Assembly (NCBI RefSeq): GCF_044704955.1
Contig: NC_091987.1
Span: 148,304,001-148,368,000, forward strand
Source of the DNA: Pristiophorus japonicus
Lineage: Eukaryota
Length of the DNA stretch: 64,000 bases
Direction of reading: 5' to 3'
A program made the position numbers and the translations under genes. Every line of letters starts with the position of its first letter. Positions within the stretch are counted from its first letter, which is position 1. The notes under the pieces are model-generated. The model did not search any database and was not told the DNA's origin. It saw only the letters and a program-made list of their open reading frames with translations. Below are positions 48,798 to 61,300 of this stretch, in pieces.

Positions 48798-50887
48798 TTC
48801 CCTCTCTCTGACTCACTCTCTGTCTCCCTGTTTCACTCTCTCACTCTCTCTGTCTCTCATTCTCTCTTTCTCTCCCTCTCCATGTTTCACTCACTCTCAC
48901 TGTTTCACTCTCTCTCTCTCACCCTCCCCCTGTTTAACACTCTCACTTACTCACTAACTCTCTCTCTCTCTCACATCCTGTTTAATTCTCACTCTCTCCC
49001 TGTTTCACTCGCTCACTCACTCTCACTTTTTCACTCTCTCTCACTTTCACTCTCCCTGCTTCACTCTCTCTCACACTCACTCTCCCTGTTTCACTCTCTC
49101 TCCCTCTTTCTCGCTAACTTTCTCTCTCTCTCTGTTTCACTCTCATACTCTCCCCTCCCTGTTTCACTCACTATCTCGCTCTGTGTTTCACTCTCTCATT
49201 CTCCCTCTCCCTGTTTCTCACTCTTTCTCCCTCACTCACCCTGTTTCACTCACTCTCACTCCCTGTTTCACACTCTCTCTCTCCGTTTCAATCTCTCACT
49301 CTCTCTAGCTCCGTTTAACTCTCACTCTCACACTCTCTCCCTGTTTCACTCCCTTATTCGCCCTGTTTAACACTCTCTCTCACTCACTCACTAACTCTCT
49401 CTCACTCTCCCTGTTTCACTCTCAATCTCAATCTCGCTGATTCACTCTATCTCTCTCACTTACTCACTAACTCTCTCTCACTTTACCTCTCCCTATTTCA
49501 CTCTCACTCTCCCTGTTTCTCTCTCACACTCTCCCTGTTTCACTCTCTCACTCACCCTGTTTCAATCTCACTCTCTCTCCTTGTTTCTCCCTCTCCCTGT
49601 TTCAAACTCACTCTCTTTCTCTGTTTCAATCCCTCTCTCTCACTCTCCATGTTTCACTCACTCTCTCTCTCACTCTCCCGGTTTCTCTCTCTCAGATTCA
49701 CTCTCCGTCTCCCTGTTTCATTCTCTCTCACTCTCCCTGTTTCACTCTCTCCCTGTTTCACTCTCTCACTCTCTCTGTCTCTCATTCTCTTTTTCTCTCT
49801 CCATGTTTCACTCATTCTCCCTGTTTCACTCACTCTCAATCTCGCTGATTCACTCTATCTCTCTCACTTACTCACTAACTCTCTCTCACTTTACCTCTCC
49901 CTATTTCACTCTCACTCTCCCTATTTCACTCTCACTCTCCCTGTTTCTCTCTCACACTCTCCCTGTTTCACTCTCTCACTCACCCTGTTTCAATCTCTCA
50001 CTCTCTCTCCTTGTTTCTCCCTCTCCCTGTTTCAAACTCACTCTCTTTCTCTGTTTCAATCCCTCTCTCTCACTCTCCATGTTTCACTCACTCTCTCTCT
50101 CACTCTCCCGGTTTCTCTCTCTCAGATTCACTCTCCGTCTCCCTGTTTCATTCTCTCTCACTCTCCCTGTTTCACTCTCTCCCTGTTTCACTCTCTCACT
50201 CTCTCTGTCTCTCATTCTCTCTTTCTCTCTCCATGTTTCACTCATTCTCCCTGTTTCACTCACTCTCAATCTCGCTGATTCACTCTATCTCTCTCACTCA
50301 TTCACTAACTCTCTCTCACTTTACCTCTACCTATTTCACTCTCACTCTCCCTGTTTCTCTCTCACACTCTCCCTGTTTCACTCTCTCACTCACCCTGTTT
50401 CAATCTCTCACTCTCTCTCTCTCCTTGTTTCTCCCTCTCCCTGTTTCAAACTCACTCTCTTTCTCTGTTTCAATCCCTCTCTCTCACTCTCCATGTTTCA
50501 CTCACTCTCTCTCTCACTCTCCCGGTTTCTCTCTCTCAGATTCACTCTCCGTCTCCCTGTTTCATTCTCTCTCACTCTCCCTGTTTCACTCTCTCTCTCA
50601 CTCTCCCTGTTTCACTCTCTCCCTCTCTCTGTCTCTCATTCTCTCTTTCTCTCTCCATGTTTCACTCATTCTCCCTGTTTCACTCACTCTCAATCTCGCT
50701 GATTCACTCTATCTCTCTCACTCATTCACTAACTCTCTCTCACTCTCCCTCTCCCTCTCCCTGTTTCACTCTCTCTCTCGCTCCCTATTTAACTCACTCT
50801 CACACTCTCTCCCTGTTTCATTCTCTCACTCACTCACTATCACTCTCCCTTTTTCACTCTCTCACGCTCCCTCTCCCTTGCTTCACA

Positions 50888-50922
<35 letters not shown>

Positions 50923-51970
50923 GGTTTCACTCTCACTCTCCCTCTTTCTCTGTTTCACTCTCTCTCACTCTGTCTTTCTCACTAACTTTCTCTCTCTCTC
51001 TCACTCTCCCTGTTTCACACTCTCATTCTCACTCTCCCTGTTTCACTCTCTCATTCTCACTCTCCCTGTTTCACTCACTCCCTCTATCCCTCTCTCTGGT
51101 TCACGGTCTCTCACTCTCTCCCTGTTTCCCTCCCCCTCTCTCTCCCTTCCTGTTTCACTAGCTCTCCCTCTCCCCGTTTCACTCTCACTCTTTCTCCCTC
51201 ACTCACCCTGTTTCACTCTCCCTCACTCCCTGTTTCACACTCTCACTCTCCCTGTTTCACACTCTCACTGTTTCAATCTCTCACTCTCCCTGTTTCAATC
51301 TCTCACTCTCCCTGTTTCACTCTCACTCTTTCTCCCTCACACCCTGTTTCACTCTCCCTCACTCCCTGTTTCACACTCTCACTCTCCCTGTTTCAATCTC
51401 TCACTCCCTGTTTTAATCTCTCACTCTCCCTCTCCATGTTTCACTCACTCTCACTGTTTCACTCTCTCTCTCACCCTCTCCCTGTTTAACACTCTCTCTC
51501 ACTCACTCACTAACTCTCTCATTCTCCCTGTTTCACTCTCACTCTCATTCTCGCTGATTCACTCTATCTCTCTCACTTACTCACTAATGCTCTGTCACTT
51601 TACCTCTCCCTGTTTCACTCTTACTCTTCCTGTTTCACTCTCACACTCCCTGTTTCACTCTCCCATTCCCTGCTTCTCTCTCTTTCACACTCATTCTCCC
51701 TGTTCCACAATCACTCTCCTTTCTGTTTCACTCTCCAACTCTCACTCTTTCTCACTAACTTTCTCTCTCTCACTCTCCCTGTTTCACTCTCTCATTCTCT
51801 CCCTCTCCCAGTTTCACTCACTATCTGACTCTACCAGTTTCACTCTCACTCTGTTTCACTTTCTCACTCTTTCTCCCCGTTTAACTCTCTCTCTCTCACT
51901 CTCCTTGTTTCACTCTCACTCTCACTGTTTCACTCTCACTCTCACTGTTTCACTCTCTCTCACTGTTTCA

Positions 51971-52004
<34 letters not shown>

Positions 52005-52710
52005 GTTTCACCTTTTCTCCCACTCCCTATTTCACTCTCCCTGTTCCACACTCTCTCTCTCTCTCTCCGTTTCACTCTCTCACTCGCCCTGTTTCTCTTT
52101 CTCCCTCTCCCTGTTTCACTCTCTCACTCTCCCTGTTTCTCGCTCTCACGCGCCCTGTTTTACTCTCACTTTCTCTTGCCCTGTTTCACTTTCTCACTCT
52201 CTCCGTTTAACTCTCTTTCTCTCTCTCTCACTCTCCCTGTTTCACTTTCTCTCTCTTTCTGTTTTACTCTCGCTCTCACTCGCCCTGTTTCACTCTCACG
52301 TTGCTTCACTTTCTCACTCTCCGTTTAACTCTCTCTCTCTCTCACTCTCTCTCTCTCTGTTTCACTCTCACTCGCCCTGTTTCACTCACGCTGTTTCACT
52401 TTCTCACTCTCCGTTTCACGCTCTCACTCTCCCACTCTCCCTGTTTCACTCTCTCTCACTTTCCCTGTTTCACGCTCTCTCTCACTCTCTCCGTTTCATT
52501 CTCTGACACTCCACTCTCCCTGTTTCATTCTCTCTCTCACACTCTCTTGCCCTGTTTCACCCTCTCACTCTCTCTCCGTTTAACTCTCTCTCACTCCCCG
52601 TTTCACTCTCTCGCTCTCACTCTCACTCACTCACTGACTCTCACTCACTCTCCCTGTTTAATTAACTCATTCATTCATTCACTCCCTTTCCCTGTTTTAT
52701 CTCTTTCCAT
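47571..52710. repeat. ~5-kb pyrimidine-rich simple repeat (CACTCTCCCTGTTT-like) with ~430-bp higher-order tandem copies at ~49430-50720
   Basis: Base composition and repeated blocks. Confidence 0.95.
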
Positions 52711-53014
52711 GAAACGAGCTGGGTGACAATTTAAACATTCCCCGGTTGTTCTGCCTGGTAACAATGACATCATGCTGAGTCTATTTATTATTGGACAGCC
52801 CCATCAGTCAGCGCCGCCCCATGGTCTCCAAGGGATTTACCTGTGACTGGGATGTGAAGCGGTCTCTCAGCACTAGGGACAGAGTGAGCTTTCTTAAGGT
52901 CCAGACCCACAGCACATTGCTGCAAATCTCAGCGGCTCAGGGCAGCGTCTGTGGCGAGAAACCGAGTTAACGTTCCAGGTCTGTGACTTCGTCTCACAAG
53001 GCCTGTTCAGCAGG

Positions 53015-54125
53015 TAAGGGGGTAATATATTAGCATAGATAGAGGATTGGCTAACAACCAGAAAACAGAGAGTCGAGATAAATGGTTCATTCGCGGGTTG
53101 GCAATCAGTAACTAGTGGGGTGACACAGGGATCAGTGTTGGGACCCCAACTATTTACAATTTATATTAATGACTTGGAACAAAGGACCGAGTGTAACAAA
53201 GCCAAGTTTGCTGACGATACAAAGATGGGAGGAAAAGCAATATGTGAGGAGGACACAAAAATTCTGCAAAAGAACATAGACAGGCTAAGTGAGTGGGCAA
53301 AAATTTGGCAGATGGAGTATAATATTGGAAAGTGTGAGGTCATGCACTTTGGCAGAAAAAAAATCAAAAAGCATGTTATTATTTAAATGGAGAAAGATTG
53401 CAAAGTGCTGCAGTACAGCGGGACCTGGGGTACTTTAGCCTGAAATACAAAAGGTTAGTATGCAGGTACAGCAAGTGATCAGGAAGGCCAAGGGCATCTT
53501 GGCCTTTATTACAAAGGAGATGGAATATAAAAGCAGGTAAGTCTTGCTACAGTTATACAGGGTATTGGTGAGGCCACACCTGGAATACTGCGTACAGTTT
53601 TGGATTCCATATTTACGAAAGGACATACTTGCTTTGGAGGCAGTTCAGAGAAGGTTCACTAAGTTGATTCCGGGATGAAAGGGGTGACTTATGAAGAAAG
53701 GTTGAGCAGGTTGGGCCTCTACTCATTGGAATTCAGAAGAATGAGAGGTGATTTGATCAAAAAGTACAAGATTATGAGGGGGCTTGACAAGGTGTATGCA
53801 GAGGGGATGTTTCCACTGATAGGAGAGATTAGAACTAGTGGGCATAATCTTAGAATAAGGGGATCGCCCATTTAAATCTGAGATGAGGAGGAATTTCTTC
53901 TCTGAGAGTTGTAAATCTGTGGAATTCTCTGCCTCAGAGAGTTGTGGAAGCTGGGACATTGAATAAATTTAAGACAGCGATAGACAGTTTCTTAACCGAT
54001 AAGGGGTTATGGGGAGCGGGCAGAGAAGACCTGAGTCCATGGTCGGATCAGCCATGATTGTATAAAATGGTGGAGCAGGCTCGAGGGGCCATATGGCCTA
54101 CTCCTGCTCCTATTTCTTATGTTCT
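53015..54125 (+). mobile_element. 5'-truncated CR1 (different subfamily, TTCTTATG tail)
   Basis: [32 protein letters not shown]. Confidence 0.9.
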
Positions 54126-54384
54126 CGCGTCGAGGGCAGGCGGGAGCGAGGAACACGGTCAGAAGAGGCCAGTGTGAGTGTAATTTATACTGTGGGGGGC
54201 CTGGAGGAATAGGATTGATTCCCTGGGCTCCAGACAGAGTCACTGGGCCTGTCCAGCCCCGGCCTTCCCTTTCCCTCCCACCACAGCAGCTCGCTTCAGA
54301 CCCCTTCTCCCAGCAGCACCCTTCAGATCCCCCCTCCCCCCACCAGCAGCAGATATCCAACTCACCTGGGGCTGCTGCCCACCC

Positions 54385-55710
54385 TCCCTCTCTGCCCCTT
54401 CCATCTCTGCCTCCTCCCCTTCTATCTCTGCCCCTGCCCACTGCCTCTCTGCCCCCTCCATCTCTGCCCCCTCCATCTCTGCCCCCTCCATCTCTGCCCC
54501 CTCCATCTCTGCCCCCTCCATCTCTTCCCCCTCCCCCTTCCGTCTCTGCCCCTTCCGTCTCTGCCCCTTCCGTCTCTGCCTCCTCCATCTCTGCCCCCTC
54601 CCCTTCCATCTCTGCCCCTCCCCCTGCCCCTCTGTCTCTGCCCCTTCCCCCTGCCTCTCTGCCCCCTCCCCTTCCATCTCTGCCCCTCCCCCTGCCTCTC
54701 TGCTCCTTTGTCTCTGCCCCCTCCCCTTCTGTCTCTGTCCCCTCCGTCTCTGCCTCCTCCCCTTCCGTCTCTGCCCCTCTGTCTCTGTTCCCTCCCCTTC
54801 CGTCTCTCCCCTTCTGTCTCTGTCCCCTCCCCTTCTGTCTCTGTCCCCTCCCCTTCTGTCTCTGCTCTCTCCCCCTCCATCCCTTCCCCCTCCCCCTCCA
54901 TCCCTTCCCCCTCCCCCTCCGTCCCTTCCCCCTCCCCCTCCGTCCCTTCCCCCTCCCCCTCCGTCCCTTCCCCCTCCCCCTCCGTCCCTGCCCCCTCCGT
55001 CTCTGCCCCCTCCCCCTCCATCTTTGCCCCTCCCCCTCTATCTCTGCCCCTTCTGTCCCCCTCCCCCTCCCCCTCCCCCTCCCCCTCCCTCTCTGCCTGT
55101 CATGTATTCAACCATGTATAATCTGACCTAAGTTGTAGACTGTGAGAACATTGACCACTACGTGGTGAACTTGTGGGAGACACTCCTAACCTGGACCTTC
55201 AGATATAAAAGGGGAGGCTCCACCCACTTCCATCACTTGAGTGCAAAGGAATAAAGGACAGGTCACAGACTGACCTTCTCTCAAGCATGGGCCTCGTGTG
55301 CATTTATACTGTATAGTAAGGATGTATCACTGCCCCCTCCATCTCTTCCCCCTCCCGCTCCCTTTCTGCCCCCTCCATCTCTGCCTCTTGCCTTTCCCTC
55401 CCTGCCACCTCCTCCTTCCTGCCCCCTCCCTCCTTTCATTCCTCCCTGCCCCTCCCTTTGTCCCTGCCCCCTCCCCTCCCTCTCTGCCCCCTCCCCCTCC
55501 CTCTCTACCCCCTCCCTCTCTGCCCCTTCCATCTCTACCCCCTCCCGCTCCCTCCATCTCTGCCTCCTGCCCCTCCCTCCCTGCCACCTCCTCCTTCCTT
55601 CCCTTACTTCTTGCCCCCTCCCTCCCTCTTTCCTTCCTTCCTTCCTTCGTCCCTGCCCACTGCCCCTCACTCTCTGTCCTCTCTCTCTCTCTGCCTCCCC
55701 GCCCCCTCCC
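54385..55710. repeat. C-rich low-complexity tract / 15-21 bp minisatellite (CCCCTCCATCTCTGC)
   Basis: Tandem repeats. Confidence 0.9.
55098..55329 (+). mobile_element. solo LTR related to the Gypsy A/B LTR, CTGCC TSD
   Basis: TGTCATGTA...GTATCA. Shares GTGAACTTGTGGGAGACACTCCT, TATAAA and AATAAAGG with 20035-20310. TSD at 55093-55097 and 55330-55334. Confidence 0.85.
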
Positions 55711-55799
55711 TTGTGTTTATCTCTGTTGGAAAGTCCCTGAGCTAAGTTTTAGAAAGTTGTTGATCAAAGACAAATCTATACAGCACTGTTCCTGTCCCC

Positions 55800-55875
55800 A
55801 GGACGCCCCACAGCGCCTCACAGCCTGTGAATTATTTGAAGCGTAGTCACTGTTGTTTTATAGAGAAACACAGCG
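55800..55875 (-). mobile_element. degraded SINE fragment (Deu-domain/SacSINE-like)
   Basis: TTTGAAGCGTAGTCACTGTTG resembles by eye the reverse strand of a common shark SINE. Confidence 0.35.
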
Positions 55876-56105
55876 ACCGGTAACTGAGTGTCAGGGCCTG
55901 AATCCTGCGGTCAGCACAATACTGTTGGGTCCAACGTGTCCACTCGAGCTTGCTCCCATCTTTCCCATCTAGCTTTATCATCATAGAAACTTCTCCTCCA
56001 GTGGCAGCGGCGGGCCTTCTCCTCCAGTGGGAGTCCGACCCACCAGGCCTCTTAGGGCTAGAACCGCCACTTTTTTTGCCTGCTTAACGCCCACTTAATG
56101 CCCAT

Positions 56106-57450
56106 TTAAGAACATAAAAACATAAGAATTAGGAACAGGAGTAGGCCATCTAGCCCCTCGAGCCTGCTCCGCCATTCAATAAGATCATGGCTGATCTGGT
56201 CGTGGACTCAGCTCCACTTACCCGCCCTCTCCCCATAACCCTTAATTCCCTTATTGCTTAAAAATCTATCTATCTTTGACTTGAAAACATTCAATGAGCC
56301 AGCCTCAACTGCTTCCTTGGGCAGAGAATTCCACAGATTCACAACCCTCTGGGAGAAGAAATTCTTTCTCAACTCGGTTTTAAATTGGCTCCTCCGTATT
56401 TTGAGGCTGTGCCCCCTAGTTCTAGTCTTGCCCACCAATGGAAACAACCTCTCTGCCTCTATCTTGTCTATCCCTTTCATGATTTTAAATGTTTCTATAA
56501 GATCACCCCTCATCCTTATGAAATCCAAGGAGTAAAGACCCAGTCTACTCAATCTATCATCATAAGGTAACCCCCTCATTTCTCGAATCAGCCTAGTGAA
56601 TCGTCTCTGTACCCCTTCCAAAGCTAGTATATCCTTCCTTAAGTAAGGTGACCAAAACTGCACGTAGTACTCCAGGTGCGGCCTTACCAATACCTTATAC
56701 AGTTGCAGCAGGACCTCCCTGCTTTTGTACTTCATCCCTCTCGCAATGAAGGCCAACATTCCATTCGCCTTCCTGATTACCTGCTGCACCTGCAAACTAA
56801 CTTTTTGGGATTCATGCACAAGGACCCCCAGGTCCCTCTGCACCACAGCATGTTGTAATTTCTCCCCATTCAAATAATATTCCCTTTTACTGTTTTTTTT
56901 CCCAAGGTGGATGACCTCACACTTTCCGACATTGTATTCCATCTGCCAAACCTTAGCCCATTCGCTTAACCTATCCAAATCTCCTTGCAGCCTCTCTGAG
57001 TCCTCTACACAACCTGCTTTCCCACTAATCTTAGTGTCATCTGCAAATTTTGTTGCACTACACTCTGTCCCCTCCTCTAGGTCATCTATGTATATTGTAA
57101 ACAGTTGTTTACAAGCACCGATCCCTGTGGCACACCACTAACCACTGATTTCCAACCGGAAAAGGATCCATTTATCCCGACTCTCTGCTTTCTGTTAGCC
57201 AGCCAATTCCCTATCCATGCTAATACATTTCCCCCGACTCCGCGTACCTTTATCTTCTGCAGTAACCTTATCGAATGCCTTTTGGAAATCTAAATACACC
57301 ACATCCATCGGTACACCTCTATCCACCATGCTTGTTATATCCTCAAAGAATTCCAGTATATTAGTTAAACATGATTTCCCTTCATGAATCATGCTGCGTC
57401 TGCTTGATTGCACTATTCCTATCCAGATGTCCCGCTATTTATTCCTTAAT
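56106..57450 (-). mobile_element. 5'-truncated CR1 nested in the Harbinger
   Basis: ORF 56208-56978 is the RT C-terminus; tail AAGAACATAA on the plus strand. Confidence 0.92.
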
Positions 57451-58397
57451 TTCTTCCTATTTCTTTCATTTGACTGCTGAAATGACGTATATCGCTCAGA
57501 TATCGCTCATTTTGGCACAAAATGGAAACTGACAGGCTTTTTTAGGAGACTTAATTGCCGAGCGTTATTTTCCCCATGTGCTTAATGCCGAGATAAAATA
57601 TTATCACCCGCCCACTTTTTTGGGGCGGAATCAGCAGAATGGGCGATTTCAACGTTAAGTCCGTGAGGAATGTAACGCTGAGATTCAATAATAACGCACG
57701 GCGACTTTTTTTGTCGTAAAGAGCATATTTACCCAAACTAGCGGCCATGGAGATCTCCCACCGTCAATTGCAGCACTTCGCGCACACATTGCCCAGAATA
57801 TCGGCCACTCAAAAAACCGCCCACAATAAGTGGAACTAACCGGGACGGATGCTAGCGGTGTGGCTGGCATTTGTTAAATCCCACTGTTACACGAGGAGCT
57901 GATATCTGAAAGATTTGCCTGAAAGAGTGTTGATGTGAGTGACAACGCTGACACACTGCTGTGTGTGTGCAGCTCAGACATCAATGGTGCCCATCAGCTT
58001 GGTGCCAGTTAAAGTTTACGTTGATTGATGTAAAGTTGTACTTAACCCTTTCACAGTAAGGAATCACCACTGTGTAACTGTCCAGCTATTTGAGACAATG
58101 CACAACAAGGTTATGTTCAATAACAAAAATGTAATACCAACATTGGTCTGAAATCATAAATATCACAGCCAATAACACCCAACCTTTTCCACCATTGACA
58201 TCAATCACATGGTCAACATGTCCAGCAACAGAGAATACAAAGGCAAAGCAGGAGCGTGGTCCCCAGCCCCCATACGTTGCAACAAATTGCAGACATCCAG
58301 ATGGAGATATAACACAGTCATCACCTGCACACATGCACCTCACTTTCCTTCTCCCCTCTCTTTCTTATCCCCACCTCTGTCCCTTCCCCTGCTCGCT

Positions 58398-61300
58398 TCA
58401 TGGCGAATGGCTGAGGAGCTCCTCAGGTAGTGCCTCATTGGGGGGGGATGAAGGCAGATGCGTTCGGGATACGGGAGCGGGGGGTGTCGAGGGGGCAACA
58501 TTCTCTGATGCAGAAGCAGGATCTTGGTCCTTGCTCTCATCTGACGTTCGCAGTGGTGGTGCGGAACCTAGGGGTGGAGTGCCACGCTCTGGGACCACTG
58601 GGAGGGCTGTGGCAGCAGTGTTCCTGACTATCGCATCCAGGGACTCCGCCATGCATGGAATGTACTCGGTCATGGTGGCCAGGTGTTGGGATATGCCCCC
58701 CAAAGCTTCGATGAGCTGGTCACCCGTGTCTGCAGTCCTCCTGGAGAATTGAACCATCTCTCCGCTGTCATGTCGCGCTCGTGGAACAGACCTGCTGCGT
58801 CCACGAGGCCTCCGCGGGGTTGGCACCGTCCTGGGGACAAATGGAGAGGTGCTTGGGGCTGGCACCTCCAGAGTGGAGGCAGGAATGACCGAAGGACCAC
58901 TAGATGGCCTTAGGGTGGAATGGGTTCTGAAGTGTGACGATGCAGGTGCTTCGAAGTCTGCACTCTCATCCGTGGAGAACAGTCCCAGCGGACTGACGGG
59001 CGACAATCGGAGCTCCTCAGCACCAGATGTAGTAGGATCGTCCACCGACTCCTGCCCCGCACCCCCACCTTCTGCCCTCTGTGGCCTTGCCTGGGGCCGC
59101 GCTGCTGGCTGAGCTGCAAGACACAAATGAGGTTATTAGAGGAGAAGGGGGTGCTAGGGTGACAAGGTGAGTCCAGCGCTACCCACAGCATATGCACAAC
59201 AAAAGCACCACCGCTCTCAAAATCATCGCAGACATCACATTTCATGACTATCAACACATTGTGGATTGCAATGATTTTCATTAGGCCAGCATTATTTCTA
59301 TGACACTTTTGGAAATCATGTGTCATATATGATTGTTCAGATATGAATGGGTGTGGCATCTATTGACTTTACATCACGCAATGGTGTAAGCTTTACTCAC
59401 GTGGCATCACTTCAGGGTCTGCAGATGCGTCCGTGGCTGTCCGGGGGTGCTTCCCCACGAGTGCGAGCACCCGCTCCTCTATCTCTCTGATGTCGCTGGG
59501 GACTGGTGGCCCCCCCACCCGTTCACCTCTGCACGGACCTCATTGTCGATAGCTTCTTCTGTAAAAGGTGACAGGATGACATGGCATGAGATCGTCGTGT
59601 GATATCATTGCTAGGTACTGTCACAGATACTGATACAACACATAACCGACAGATGTAATCATGATTATTATGATAATTATCATTCTTTACCTAAAGACAT
59701 ACACCGTGACCGCAGGCTTTGAATAAAACATTCCCGGTAAAAGTGCAAGACCTCACATCTGCTGATAGTCACTCATGACTGTTACAAATCAAATGATAGA
59801 AATACATAAGTAAATCAATGTAATGCTACTCTTGCGGATCCCACAAGGTCGTTCCATCGTTTGCGGCATTGGTTGCCGTCACGCACCTCGTTGGTCGCCG
59901 ACGAGACCACCTCTGCTATCTCGGTCCATATCCTCCGGTAGGCCTTTGGGCTGGGCTTTCCACGCCCTCCCTGTGTCAAATCACCCCAGCGTGACTTGAC
60001 CTCCTGCAGGAGGGAGGCATTTACCTCGTCCAAGAACCTCCTGGCTCTTTTGCACCTCCAATGTGCTCCTCTCCCACCTCACTGCTCTCTCCATCGTCAG
60101 TCTCCACAGAATTTAAGGAGCTAGGAGCTAAATTAAAAAGTAGGACCTCAAAAGTAGTAATCTCGGGATTGCTACCAGTGCCACGTGCTAGTCAGAGTAG
60201 GAATCGCAGGATAGCTCAGATGAATACGTGGCTTGAGCAGTGGTGCAGCAGGGAGGGATTCAAATTCCTGGGGCATTGGAACCGGTTCTGGGGGAGGTGG
60301 GACCAGTACAAACCGGACGGTCTGCACCTGGGCAGGACCGGAACCAATGTCCTAAGGGGAGTGTTTGCTAGTGCTGTTGGGGAGGAGTTAAACTAATATG
60401 ACAGGGGGCTGGGAACCAATGCAGGGAGACAGAGGGAGACAAAAAGGAGACAAAAGCAAAAGTCAGAAAGGAGATGAGGAAAAGTGGAGGGCAGAGAGAC
60501 CCAAGGCAAAGAACAAAAAGGGCCACTGTACAGCAAAATTCTAAAAGGACAAAGGGTGTTAAAAAAACAAGCCTGAAGGCTTTGTGTCTTAATGCAAGGA
60601 GTATCCGCAATAAGGTGGATGAATTAACTGTGCAAATAGATGTTAACAAATATGATGTGATTGGGATTACAGAGACGTGGCTCCAGGATGATCAGGGCTG
60701 GGAACTCAACATCCAGGGGTATTCAACATTCAGGAAGGATAGAATAAAAGGAAAAGGAGGTGGGGTAGCATTGCTGGTTAAAGAGGAGATTAATGCAATA
60801 GTTAGGAAGGACAATAGCTTGGATGATGTGGAATCTATATGGGTAGAGCTGCAGAACACCAAAGGGCAAAAAATGTTAGTGGGAGTTGTGTACAGACCTC
60901 CAAACAGTAGTAGTGATGTTGGGGAAGGCATCAAACAGGAAATTAGGGGTGCATGCAATAAAGGTGCAGCAGTTATAATGGGTGACTTTAATATGCACAT
61001 AGATTGGGCTAACCAAACTGGAAGCAATACGGTGGAGGAGGATTTCCTGGAGTGCATAAGGGATGGTTTTCTAGACCAATATGTCGAGGAACCAACTAGG
61101 GGGGAGGCCATCTTAGACTGGGTGTTGTGTAATGAGAGAGGATTAATTAGCAATCTCATTGTGCGAGGCCCCTTGGGGAAGAGTGACCATAATATGGTGG
61201 AATTCTGCATTAGGATGGATAATGAAACAGTTAATTCAGAGACCATGGTCCAGAACTTAAAGAAGGGTAACTTTGAAGGTATGAGGCGTGAATTGGCTCG

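Noticed and set aside
47979-55846. long Ser/Leu- or Pro/Glu/Gly-rich ORFs (up to 517 aa)
   Set aside because: They are artefacts of stop-poor CT-rich simple repeats and are open in several frames.
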